Assembly: GCA_002729095.1 (NCBI GenBank)
Contig: PBWC01000045.1
Coordinates: 108,778 to 172,777 of the forward strand
DNA length: 64,000 bases
Source: Methanobacteriota archaeon
GTDB taxonomy: Archaea > Thermoplasmatota > Poseidoniia > Poseidoniales > Poseidoniaceae
Reading direction: 5' to 3'
Made by a program: the position numbers and the translations under genes. The notes beneath the pieces were generated by a model. It had not been told where the DNA came from. It did no database searches and worked only from the letters and a program-made list of their open reading frames with translations. Of this stretch, positions 44,616-53,663 are shown in pieces; within the stretch, counting starts at the first letter, position 1, and each line of letters begins with the position of its first letter.

Positions 44616-45017
44616 ATGGAAGATGAAACCCTACAATTTAAGGTTGCTCACAATAGGAAATATTCTACTTCTCATTTGTGGTACCAAGAAAAAGATGACA
44701 AACTGATGATTGGAGTTAGCGAATTTTTAAAGTTCGAAATTGGTGAAGTATTAAGAATTATTTTACCGCAAGCAGAAACTGAGGTCGATGAAGGAGATGG
44801 AATGTTTTCAATTTGGACCGCTGATGAAAAGTTACCTTTTGCTGCTCCTTTCTCAGGATTAATTACCGAAGTCAACGGAGAAGTTGAATATAGCCCACAT
44901 TTGGCTAATGAATCGGCATATGACCTCGGTTGGATTATTATTCTAGAACCTCACAATCTAGATCTTGAATTACTCTTAGATCCGGATGAATACGTTGATT
45001 ATTTGGCAGATCTATGA
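44616..45017 (+). CDS. glycine cleavage H-protein-like protein lacking the lipoyl lysine
   Basis: KYSTSHLW, IGVSEF, APFSG.ITEVN, NESAY..GWI; WTADE replaces ESVKA. Confidence 0.78.
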   Translation: MEDETLQFKVAHNRKYSTSHLWYQEKDDKLMIGVSEFLKFEIGEVLRIILPQAETEVDEGDGMFSIWTADEKLPFAAPFSGLITEVNGEVEYSPHLANESAYDLGWIIILEPHNLDLELLLDPDEYVDYLADL

Positions 45018-45030
45018 TGTGGTGCCAATT

Positions 45031-45600
45031 ATGATTGCGATGGACCTCTTGAGAGAAAGTCTCGCAAATGCACCAGTAATTTGGAAAGGCGACTATCCTT
45101 ACTTCATACATCCCATAACTGATGGAGTTCCGCGATTAGATTCTAAAGTTCTTTCAGCAGTATCTGAACTATCAATCGAAGCGATTGAATGGGATGACGT
45201 TGACTTAATCCTTGGGATTGAGGCCATGGGACTTCCGTTAACCTCTCCAATCAGTGTTCAGACTGGAATCCCTTTGGTGATTGCTAGGAAAAGAAAATAT
45301 GAACTCGATGGCGAAGTTGTTATCGACCAAAATACTGGTTATTCAAAAGGATCAATGTACCTAAATGATATAAATCCTGGTGAAAAAATAGTAATTATTG
45401 ATGACGTTTTATCAACTGGCGGTACACTAAAAGCAGTAATTGAAGGAATACAAAGAGCTGGCGCAGAAGTAAAGCATATTTTGGTAGTTGTTGAAAAGGG
45501 CCCTGGACTAGAAAAATTAAAAAATAGTTATCCAGAAATAAAGATTGAATCTTTGGTAAAACTTGAGATGGATGGAGATAAGGTAGTTCTTTTGAACTAG
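45031..45600 (+). CDS. hpt: archaeal hypoxanthine/guanine phosphoribosyltransferase
   Basis: YPYFIHPITDGVP, EAMGLP, TGYSKG, IIDDVLSTGGT. Confidence 0.9.
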   Translation: MIAMDLLRESLANAPVIWKGDYPYFIHPITDGVPRLDSKVLSAVSELSIEAIEWDDVDLILGIEAMGLPLTSPISVQTGIPLVIARKRKYELDGEVVIDQNTGYSKGSMYLNDINPGEKIVIIDDVLSTGGTLKAVIEGIQRAGAEVKHILVVVEKGPGLEKLKNSYPEIKIESLVKLEMDGDKVVLLN

Positions 45601-45611
45601 TTGGTGATAAT

Positions 45612-46721
45612 ATGGATTTAGATCGTCATGATTTTGAATTGGATGATTTGGTTAAACGAATCAAAGAAAATGATAACCGACTAATTGCCTTACAAGTACC
45701 TGAAGGATTGAAAATGCAGGCTTTGGAAATGATGGATGAAATAGAAAGTGAAACGAGTGCTAAAGTTGTTTTAGCTGCTGATCCATGCTATGGTGCTTGT
45801 GATTTAGTTCATGACAAGATGAGCATGATGGGAGTAGAATTAGTTGCGCACATGGGACACTCACAAATGAATATCGATTCTGGAATGCCAACACAATTTA
45901 TTGATGTTACCTATGATGGAGACCCTGAACTTTCTCCAGTTATCCCTTACCTAGAGGCTCACAGAAAAATGGCTTTAAACAGAAAAGGCGAACAAAATAT
46001 TGAACAAGAATTATCCGATGATAAAGCAAAAGAAAGATTCTTGGATGCTGTTGGGCGAGTTTCTCCATTAACCGATACAAAACTAGGACTTGTAGGTTCT
46101 ATACAACATCTTCACTTATTACCTGAATTTCATGACCGTCTAGAAAAAGCAGGCTTTGACGTTACAATTCCAATTGGAGGGGCAAGGTTATCTTTCCCTG
46201 GTCAAGTCTTGGGTTGTAACTATTCCGGAGATGACCCTTCAATAGGCCATTACTTGTTTTTAGGTTCCGGAGATTTTCACCCAATAGGACTAGTACTTCA
46301 TACTGGTAAACCTTTAGCGATGTTGGACCCATACACTGGTGATGCTGAAGAGATGTCTCTTGAAAGGATTGAGAGAATCCTAAGACAAAGATTTGGACTA
46401 ATTATGTCATGTGGAGATGCTGAATCATTCGGTATTTTAATCGGTGAGAAACCTGGACAAATGCGTAGAAGTTTAGCATTAAGAATGAAAAGAACTCTCG
46501 AAAAACATGGTAAAAAAGGATATTTATTAGCCTTAGAACATGTTGGACCGGAATTAATCGATTTCTATCCAGTTGATGCTTTTGTAAATACAGCATGCCC
46601 AAGAATTGCTATCGATGATGCAGTTAGATATAGAAAACCATTGATTACACCTTTTGAGTTAGAAGTTGCTCTGGGTGAAAAGAAATGGGAAACTGGATAT
46701 ATGTTCGATGAAATTCCTTAG
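45612..46721 (+). CDS. dph2: diphthamide biosynthesis enzyme Dph2
   Basis: LQVPEGLK, PCYGACD, GQVLGC, FH, K.GQ, TACPRI. Confidence 0.93.
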   Translation: MDLDRHDFELDDLVKRIKENDNRLIALQVPEGLKMQALEMMDEIESETSAKVVLAADPCYGACDLVHDKMSMMGVELVAHMGHSQMNIDSGMPTQFIDVTYDGDPELSPVIPYLEAHRKMALNRKGEQNIEQELSDDKAKERFLDAVGRVSPLTDTKLGLVGSIQHLHLLPEFHDRLEKAGFDVTIPIGGARLSFPGQVLGCNYSGDDPSIGHYLFLGSGDFHPIGLVLHTGKPLAMLDPYTGDAEEMSLERIERILRQRFGLIMSCGDAESFGILIGEKPGQMRRSLALRMKRTLEKHGKKGYLLALEHVGPELIDFYPVDAFVNTACPRIAIDDAVRYRKPLITPFELEVALGEKKWETGYMFDEIP

Positions 46722-46739
46722 ATGGTTTAAATATCTAAG
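46717..46739 (+). promoter_or_regulatory. putative cdc6 TATA box flanked by a 7-bp inverted repeat
   Basis: CTTAGAT-GGTTTAAAT-ATCTAAG; TTTAAATA lies about 70 bp upstream of the cdc6 ATG. Confidence 0.35.
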
Positions 46740-46797
46740 TTTTGAAGTAAATTTAATCCGTATATTCAATAACGGTTGGCGAAAGGCTTCTCATGTT

Positions 46798-47997
46798 ATG
46801 AGTGGATACCTCAATAGAATCGGTGCAGGATTTATTATTGAAAACAATGAAATCCTGGATTTTGATTTTGTACCAAATGAAATTGTTGGAAGGGAAGACA
46901 TTCAGAGAGAATTAGCCAATAAGTTCTCATCAATTGCAGATTCAAATTCAAGTTGTCGTGCAATTATTACTGGACCAGTTGGGAGTGGTAAAACTGTTTT
47001 AGCCAAAACCTTCTGTAGAGATTTACAAAAACACTTAGCCAACAAAAGAGACATACTAGTTTCGCACGTAAATTGTCGAAATGCTTCTACGAGTACTAGA
47101 GTTGTTCAAAGGATATTACATGAAATTGATCCCGGACATCCAGATAGAGGCCTTTCTATGGGTGAATTATTACTAAGTTTAAGAAAACTGATTCGTAGAA
47201 ATTCTTCTCACTTGGTAGTTGTTTTAGATGAAGTGGACCATATGCTTCGAAAGTCGGGAGATGATTTGTTATATCAGCTACTAAGAATTGATGAGGATCA
47301 ACAAGGAAAAGGAACCTTATCTCTAATTCTAGTAAGTCAAGAACAGGTGTTAGACGTTTTAGAAACTGCTGTAATTTCAAGAATGGGAAAAACCAATCTT
47401 TTACCCATTCCGCCATATAATTTTGATGGCCTTCTAAAAATCGCTGAACAAAGAGCAGAAATGGCACTACATGAAGGGACTTATTCGAAAGAGATTCTAA
47501 CCCTAATAGCAGAAAAAGCAGCCCCAAGCGGAGATGCAAGGCTCGTTATTGAATTGATTAAAGCTGCAGCAGAGGCGAGTGAATTCAGACAGGATGTACA
47601 TACAGATAGAATGATTACGATAAAAGATGTTCACTCTCAAGACAAAATTTTAGCAGTTGAAATGATTAGTGAAATTGAAACTGTTGATGACCTAAAACCA
47701 CATGCAATGCTCGTTCTCCTAAGTATTTGTAGAAGGTTGAGAAAAAAAGAATCCATGACAACAGGCGATGTAGAGAGTTTGTACGAAGTGGTTTGTGAGG
47801 AATATGAACAAGATATGAAGAGTCATACGACCATTTGGAAATATCTTAAAGAATTAGAAAATCGTCAGATTATTGTTTCAAGAATTGATACTGTGGGTGA
47901 TGGAAGAGGCAGAACTACTCATCTCAGTATGCCGCATTTTTTACCCACCGACATTGCAAGTCGGGTAGAAATGTTGCTAAAAAAACGACTCAAATGA
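46798..47997 (+). CDS. cdc6: Cdc6/Orc1 replication initiator
   Basis: F.P..IVGRE, GPVGSGKT, VNC, VVVLDEVD, GDAR, C-terminal wHTH with GRGRTT. Confidence 0.92.
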   Translation: MSGYLNRIGAGFIIENNEILDFDFVPNEIVGREDIQRELANKFSSIADSNSSCRAIITGPVGSGKTVLAKTFCRDLQKHLANKRDILVSHVNCRNASTSTRVVQRILHEIDPGHPDRGLSMGELLLSLRKLIRRNSSHLVVVLDEVDHMLRKSGDDLLYQLLRIDEDQQGKGTLSLILVSQEQVLDVLETAVISRMGKTNLLPIPPYNFDGLLKIAEQRAEMALHEGTYSKEILTLIAEKAAPSGDARLVIELIKAAAEASEFRQDVHTDRMITIKDVHSQDKILAVEMISEIETVDDLKPHAMLVLLSICRRLRKKESMTTGDVESLYEVVCEEYEQDMKSHTTIWKYLKELENRQIIVSRIDTVGDGRGRTTHLSMPHFLPTDIASRVEMLLKKRLK

Positions 47998-48074
47998 TAT
48001 TTTAAACAATTCCTAACCATGCGGTGAGGCTAAATAAGGGTCGATGTTCGGCAAGGTGTCTAAGAGTGATTACT

Positions 48075-48566
48075 ATGGCTGTCGGTCAACAAGGAGAATT
48101 TGTAGCTGTCGTTAACGACACGAACCCAAAGAGTGGTGGCAAAGCCTACTCATTGAAGATTTCTGGTAACAACCATTCTCAATTACTCGGTAAGAAAATC
48201 GGTGATGTAATAGACGGAATTTTTGTTGGAGAAGGAGAACAAACTCTTTCTGGATATAAGTTAGAAATTACTGGCGGCTCTGATAAAACTGGAACCCCAT
48301 TAAGGAGAGATCTCGATGGAGGCTCTAGGCAGGCGGTTCTAGTTACTCGTTCAACTGGATTCAAAGGTCATAACTTAGTATTCAAAACTAAGGGTGGAGA
48401 AAAGAAAAGATTCAGATACAAGCCAGATGGTCTAAGAAAGCGAAGAAACTTTAGAGGAAATACAATCAATCAGGATACTAGACAGATTAACCTAAAGGTT
48501 GTAGAGGCTGGAAAAAAATCCTTGAGTGACATTCTTGCTTCGCAAAGCGAGGAAGCATCGGAGTGA
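48075..48566 (+). CDS. rps6e: 30S ribosomal protein S6e
   Basis: LLGKKIGD, GYKLEITGGSDKTG.P, G.RKR...RGN.I...QINLKV. Confidence 0.93.
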   Translation: MAVGQQGEFVAVVNDTNPKSGGKAYSLKISGNNHSQLLGKKIGDVIDGIFVGEGEQTLSGYKLEITGGSDKTGTPLRRDLDGGSRQAVLVTRSTGFKGHNLVFKTKGGEKKRFRYKPDGLRKRRNFRGNTINQDTRQINLKVVEAGKKSLSDILASQSEEASE

Positions 48567-48604
48567 ATCCCGAGAGGGTTATCGTAAGTTAGAGGAGGAA
48601 GTAA

Positions 48605-49843
48605 ATGTCACGAAAGCTTCCTTCACAACCGACTGTCAACATTGGACTTGTAGGCCATGTTGATCATGGAAAAACAACACTTACCAAAGCACTTTCTGGA
48701 ATTTGGACTGACACCCATTCAGAAGAGAGGAAGCGCGGTATATCTATCAAACTGGGATATGCTGATACTGCTTTTTACAAAACTAAAGATGGTAAATTCT
48801 ATCCTTCCGGAAGACACCCAGAAGGGAAGGAAGATTCTGAAAAGGAACTACAGAGAGTAGTTTCCTTTGTTGATGCGCCTGGACACGAGACTCTAATGGC
48901 AATTATGATCACTGGTGCATCAATTATGGACGGAGCACTTCTAATGGTTGCCGCAAATGAGGAATGTCCTCAACCTCAAACTAGAGAACATCTTATGGCA
49001 CTAAATATATCTGGAATCGAAAATATAATTGTAGTTCAAAATAAGATTGATCTCGTTACAAAGGAAAGGGCTGTTGAGTCATACAAAGAAATTAAAGAAT
49101 TCCTTAAAGGAACAGTAGCAGAAAATGCCCCAATTATTCCAGTTTCGGCACATCATGATGTTAACCTAGATGTTCTAATTGATGCCATTGAAACAACAAT
49201 TCCTACCCCTGATAGAAGTGAAGATTCCAGAGCATTGATGCATATTGCGCGTTCATTTGATATCAACAGACCAGGAACTAGACCAACCAAAATGCTCGGA
49301 GGTGTAATTGGTGGTAGCATAGTTGAAGGTGAATTCAAAATAGGGGATGAGATTGAAATTGGGCCTGGAAGAAAAATTGAGAAGGGATCAAAGACGCATT
49401 GGGAACCTATTTCTGCGACAGTTAGTAGCATGCAGGGTGGTGGAAACAACCTGGAATTAATGCATGCAGGAGGACTATGCGGGATGGCTACCGAACTAGA
49501 TCCTTCGATTACTACTTCTGATAATCTATCTGGTCAGGTTGTTGCCTTGAAAGGAAATCTCCCCGAAATTCGCTCAAAAATTAATATTTCAGTTGAACTA
49601 ATGGACCATATGGTTGGTGGAGAAGGAAATAGCGCAGATAAGATACATCCTCTGAGAAATAATGAGATGTTAATGATAAATGTTGCAACCGCCACATCTG
49701 TCGGTGTTACTAGAAATGCTGAAAAGAAAAAAACCAATCTCGAATTAAGATTACCAATTTGTGTAGATCCCGGCCAACGTGTATCTCTATCACGTAGAAT
49801 TGGTTCGAGATGGCGACTAATTGGTTATGGCATCATACAGTAG
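48605..49843 (+). CDS. eif2g: translation initiation factor aIF-2 subunit gamma
   Basis: GHVDHGKTT, RGISIKLGYA, DAPGHE, PQPQTREH, NKID, WRLIGYG. Confidence 0.97.
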   Translation: MSRKLPSQPTVNIGLVGHVDHGKTTLTKALSGIWTDTHSEERKRGISIKLGYADTAFYKTKDGKFYPSGRHPEGKEDSEKELQRVVSFVDAPGHETLMAIMITGASIMDGALLMVAANEECPQPQTREHLMALNISGIENIIVVQNKIDLVTKERAVESYKEIKEFLKGTVAENAPIIPVSAHHDVNLDVLIDAIETTIPTPDRSEDSRALMHIARSFDINRPGTRPTKMLGGVIGGSIVEGEFKIGDEIEIGPGRKIEKGSKTHWEPISATVSSMQGGGNNLELMHAGGLCGMATELDPSITTSDNLSGQVVALKGNLPEIRSKINISVELMDHMVGGEGNSADKIHPLRNNEMLMINVATATSVGVTRNAEKKKTNLELRLPICVDPGQRVSLSRRIGSRWRLIGYGIIQ

Positions 49844-49853
49844 ATGATTTTCT

Positions 49854-50234
49854 ATGTCTCAATGCATTATTATCGATGCTTGTGGATGGGTTGCAGTGAT
49901 AGATTCAGGAATAAATATTGATATTGAATTAGAGAAAATTTTTGGCTCTTTTCAACTAATTCTATTAGATTCTGTATTAGATGAATTGAAAGAAATTGAA
50001 AAAGAAAGAACAAAAAGAAAGACATTACTGATTTCAATGCTCGAAAATAAATCAAACAAAATAGATAATGAAGTATTTACACATACTGACGACCAAATTT
50101 TTTCAATTTCTGAACAACTTGGTTATGCCGTATTAACAGTTGACAAGGAATTGAAAAAACGTCTATATCAGTCATCGATTAAGGTTATTGAAGTAAATAA
50201 AAATAATCATCTAAAAATCCTGGAAAATCTATAG
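49854..50234 (+). CDS. PIN-domain protein (Fcf1/Utp24-like)
   Basis: IIIDA, SVLDEL, TDD.I, VLTVDKELKKR; position after eif2g is typical in archaea. Confidence 0.8.
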   Translation: MSQCIIIDACGWVAVIDSGINIDIELEKIFGSFQLILLDSVLDELKEIEKERTKRKTLLISMLENKSNKIDNEVFTHTDDQIFSISEQLGYAVLTVDKELKKRLYQSSIKVIEVNKNNHLKILENL

Positions 50235-50237
50235 AAA

Positions 50238-50537
50238 CTAAGGTAGGGTGAATAAAACGTCATCTCCATGACCATCTAAAAGTCCTAACTTAACACCGGC
50301 GTCAATCCAAGCATGAGCATAATTGATCGCTCCAAAGGCTCTAACCAAATCTCCAGAATTCAAAAAATGATTAGCGTCAAAAGTATAATCATCTGCCATT
50401 CTGAGCAAGATATGTAATTTTCTTTCTTCAGCAGTACCTTTTTCCACCAAAGGAGTGGCCTTTTTTCTAGCTTTGGAGGTTATATCTAGATATTTCTTCA
50501 CTCTTTCATGAGTAATCCTTTCTAAATCTTCACTCAT
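50238..50537 (-). CDS. DUF357 family protein
   Basis: MADDYTFDANHFLNSGDLVRAFGAINYAHAWIDAG. Confidence 0.88.
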   Translation of the reverse strand: MSEDLERITHERVKKYLDITSKARKKATPLVEKGTAEERKLHILLRMADDYTFDANHFLNSGDLVRAFGAINYAHAWIDAGVKLGLLDGHGDDVLFTLP

Positions 50538-51580
50538 TCTCCGTCCTCCTTTTGTCTCTTTAACAAACGTCTAACATCTTCACTTCTTCCTAATGACTGG
50601 TATAATTCAACTGCTAAGGATAGTCTACCCTCGTCTTCTGCGTTTCTAGCCCTTAGGAATGCTGTCTTTCTATCATCCCAATTCTTAGCCAGAGCTGCGT
50701 CTGCTGCTGCCTTGTATCGACTTTCTCTTTGAGATTGAGCCAAATGTGGGGCTGTCCAAAATCGAACAAGTCCTTGTCTAGTTGCAGAAACCATAGAATC
50801 TAAGGTTAAATCTTCAAGCATATCTCCCAAATTCATACCTGTACCTAGCTCAGTTAATTCATTTTGTTGACTACTCGAAATATGAATTAAGTAACCTTCA
50901 ATACCTAATACCCACCAACCATCTCCACACCTTATGCCTTCCATCGGTTCTAGAGAGTCCGATTGTAGGCGTTCAATATTGTCCCATCCAAATGGATTGG
51001 GTACTCCTTCCCAAATCTCTCCATTACTTGATTGAAGTAATAATCTTCCTGCTGATATTTTTGTTACCCAACTCCATATCCTTTCCTCTAAAATTCGCTT
51101 CTGATATTTCTGAGCAAGTTTTCCACAACTCAACTTACCATCACTAGACTGCCACAATAAATGCTCTCTATCTAACCACCCGATTAATCTTCTAACTTTA
51201 CCACTATCAAAACGTCGGATTCCTTTTCCTTCATGAGTAAAAAGGTGTAATTGTCCTTCTCTTCCTGATAATATCCAACCGCCCCCTGGTCTTGAGGAAA
51301 TATCAGTGAATCCGCCAAATGTAGATCTCCCCTCATGAATCATAGTGCCATCTATTGTCGAAATTACATAGAACCCATGTGCAGCAAGTACTGCTAGAAT
51401 TCCATTACTAGAATCCATTGCATGGACTTTGAATGGCATATCTATCTTCCAACGGACCTCGCCATCAGACTCTATCAAGAATAATTCTAGTCCACTGCTA
51501 ATTGCAACTCCACCTTCAACTGAAGCAATACATGCAATTCGGGTTGGTGCTTGCCAGGACCAAGAAATTGTCCAAGTCAT
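50534..51580 (-). CDS. beta-propeller (WD40/PQQ-like) protein with C-terminal helical region
   Basis: Repeated short beta strands with W/G motifs (GEVRWK, SGREGQLHLF, ATRQGLVRFW); ATGA overlap with DUF357. Confidence 0.65.
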   Translation of the reverse strand: MTWTISWSWQAPTRIACIASVEGGVAISSGLELFLIESDGEVRWKIDMPFKVHAMDSSNGILAVLAAHGFYVISTIDGTMIHEGRSTFGGFTDISSRPGGGWILSGREGQLHLFTHEGKGIRRFDSGKVRRLIGWLDREHLLWQSSDGKLSCGKLAQKYQKRILEERIWSWVTKISAGRLLLQSSNGEIWEGVPNPFGWDNIERLQSDSLEPMEGIRCGDGWWVLGIEGYLIHISSSQQNELTELGTGMNLGDMLEDLTLDSMVSATRQGLVRFWTAPHLAQSQRESRYKAAADAALAKNWDDRKTAFLRARNAEDEGRLSLAVELYQSLGRSEDVRRLLKRQKEDGE

Positions 51581-53397
51581 TACTCAACACCCCCGATTAA
51601 TCCCCAAGCAGTTAATTGTGCTCTTGCAGACTGAGTCAATTGAAAATAACGGCTACGTCCAATTGTTCTGACATTCAATATTCCATGCTTCAATAGCCTA
51701 TTGCTGATTTGAGATAGTCTAGGTCGTTTGATGTTCAATTCGCTCAAAATCTCTTTGTCCGAAGGTGAAAACTTTCTCTGTTGAGCAACGGAAACAACAT
51801 ATGATTCACTATTGGAAAGAGAAGACAGAACCAAGGGGTTCAAAGTAAAATCTTGCTTTTCTCCTAGTTTTTCTATCCGCATATTAGATAATGCTTCAGC
51901 TAATTTACTGGTATTTGTTGGACCAGATTCAGAAGTAACATTTGTAATTAGTAAATCGTGTAATGCTTTGATAATAGGAGATAGTGGATCATAGTTGTAA
52001 TTTTGTGAATTATCTATTTCATCAATTTGTTCTGTCTCGATATACTCGTTTTCTACATCCTCCAAATCCGATGTTTGCTCTAAATCCACTTCAGGTAAGC
52101 CCACCTCATCGTGAATTAAGGCGGCTGAGTCTTTCTCTGAATAATCCATTACAACTTTAGGTGGTTCAATTAATTCCTTTGAAACCCATAGCTCTGCACC
52201 TTTAGAATCATCATCTTTTACCATTTCTTCTGGACCTTCATCAACCGAGTAGTCTCTTGTTCTACCAAGCAGAGCATTGAATGTTCCTGCGTTTATCGAA
52301 GGCCTAAATTGGGAATCTGCATCTATTATCTCTTCGCTATTAGGCGTTGCAGAAAATGTAAATTCTTCGAGAGGTTCATCTTCTAATTTAGAGTCAGATA
52401 ATTCTTCTAGATCAAGATCAAAGCCAAAAATATCTGATACCTCAACTGAAGGAATAATATTGTCTTTGATGGTATCTCTCTGTTGCCAGGGAATTGATGC
52501 ATCAATAATTTCCGATGGCTGTTCCTCTAATCTTTGTTCAACCATATTTTCAGGCGATTTATCAACAATGGTATTATTGGGTATTTGATGCTTGTTTTCG
52601 GAAACTGAATATCTTTCAATTAACCCATATTCCGCTACACCAAAGTTCTGGCCTTGGGGTTCAGAATGTAGAGATTGATCGATAGAGTCTCGCATATATC
52701 GGATAACTTCTGATGGTTTTCCACCGCTCATTGAATGCAAATTTTGTGCATCTTCAGTCGATAATTCAAAACCTTGAGAAGTTGCCGATGAGACTCTTTT
52801 CTCGACTAGAACTTTAACTTCGTCTACAGATAGAGGCTCTAGTGTCTCAATACTGGCAAAACTGTGTAAAATGCTATCAGGTAGATTACTTCGCTGTTTT
52901 GGTTCGATTACAACAACTATCACTGCTTGTAGTCTTTCCAAAGAAGGTAATGCATCACGCAATGCAACTGTCATTACTGATGTTTCCACTGTTGGCATAT
53001 CAATTACAATCAACGGAATCTTAGATTCATATGTCCTAGAAGCCTCAACTATTTTGTGAACTAATTCATTCCTACTTTTTGGAATATTATAATCGATTAA
53101 CTCAGAATATAAATTTTCTAGAAGACTATGTGCGGGATTAGATGCTGAAATATGATCGATGTGAACATAAACAGGAGCCTCACTAGCTGAACAGCGGAGT
53201 AAGGATGTTCTCCCTGATCCCATCTCACCAACCAGTAACAATCTACGATTAGATCTAAAATTAATATGTCTGGATATTCTCGCTCTAATATCTAATCGGC
53301 CCACGTAAAGTGATTTTTGGCCTGTTTCTAGAGGGCTTGTTGAAAACGGATTGCCTTTCAATGGTGGGAAATCAATCTGTAAGCCTTCCACTCGCAT
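51580..53397 (-). CDS. degenerate AAA+/STAND-like P-loop protein with acidic linker and C-terminal winged HTH
   Basis: NPF...YVGR, Walker A GEMGSGRTS, Walker B LIVIDMP, GGKP; C-terminal LNIKRPRLSQISNRLLKHGILNVRTIGRSRYFQLT. Confidence 0.75.
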   Translation of the reverse strand: MRVEGLQIDFPPLKGNPFSTSPLETGQKSLYVGRLDIRARISRHINFRSNRRLLLVGEMGSGRTSLLRCSASEAPVYVHIDHISASNPAHSLLENLYSELIDYNIPKSRNELVHKIVEASRTYESKIPLIVIDMPTVETSVMTVALRDALPSLERLQAVIVVVIEPKQRSNLPDSILHSFASIETLEPLSVDEVKVLVEKRVSSATSQGFELSTEDAQNLHSMSGGKPSEVIRYMRDSIDQSLHSEPQGQNFGVAEYGLIERYSVSENKHQIPNNTIVDKSPENMVEQRLEEQPSEIIDASIPWQQRDTIKDNIIPSVEVSDIFGFDLDLEELSDSKLEDEPLEEFTFSATPNSEEIIDADSQFRPSINAGTFNALLGRTRDYSVDEGPEEMVKDDDSKGAELWVSKELIEPPKVVMDYSEKDSAALIHDEVGLPEVDLEQTSDLEDVENEYIETEQIDEIDNSQNYNYDPLSPIIKALHDLLITNVTSESGPTNTSKLAEALSNMRIEKLGEKQDFTLNPLVLSSLSNSESYVVSVAQQRKFSPSDKEILSELNIKRPRLSQISNRLLKHGILNVRTIGRSRYFQLTQSARAQLTAWGLIGGVE

Positions 53398-53502
53398 GCC
53401 CTAGCAATCACGAATAGGTATTTGATGTTTAACCTTAAATTGTGATTCAAAATACCCGTTACTAAGCGTCAATCGATTTGCCAAGTAGTTTTTTTTATGG
53501 CC

Positions 53503-53560
53503 ATTAACGCATAATTAACGCATAATTAACGCGTTAATTTAATCGTTAAACCCGTTAATT
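53503..53560. repeat. phased direct plus inverted TTAACG repeat array
   Basis: ATTAACGCATA tandem with TTAACG at 53504, 53515 and 53526; perfect palindrome AATTAACGCGTTAATT at 53524-53539; CGTTAA at 53532, 53544 and 53553. Confidence 0.85.
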
Positions 53561-53663
53561 TTTATTTTCTTAAGAAATTATAGCCAAGTAAAAGAGCATG
53601 TATAATTGATTTTAGACGATTACTTAATTGCCCAAGTCACGTCCAGAACAACGAGGAGAACAT

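Noticed and set aside
46722-46797. Replication origin adjacent to cdc6
   Set aside because: The flanking spacers are under 80 bp and I saw no ORB-like repeats
49854-50234. VapC toxin of a toxin-antitoxin pair
   Set aside because: No antitoxin gene; the position after rps6e-eif2g is the conserved Fcf1-like PIN context
53503-53560. CRISPR array
   Set aside because: Repeat units are only 6-11 bp with no unique spacers, and there are no cas genes
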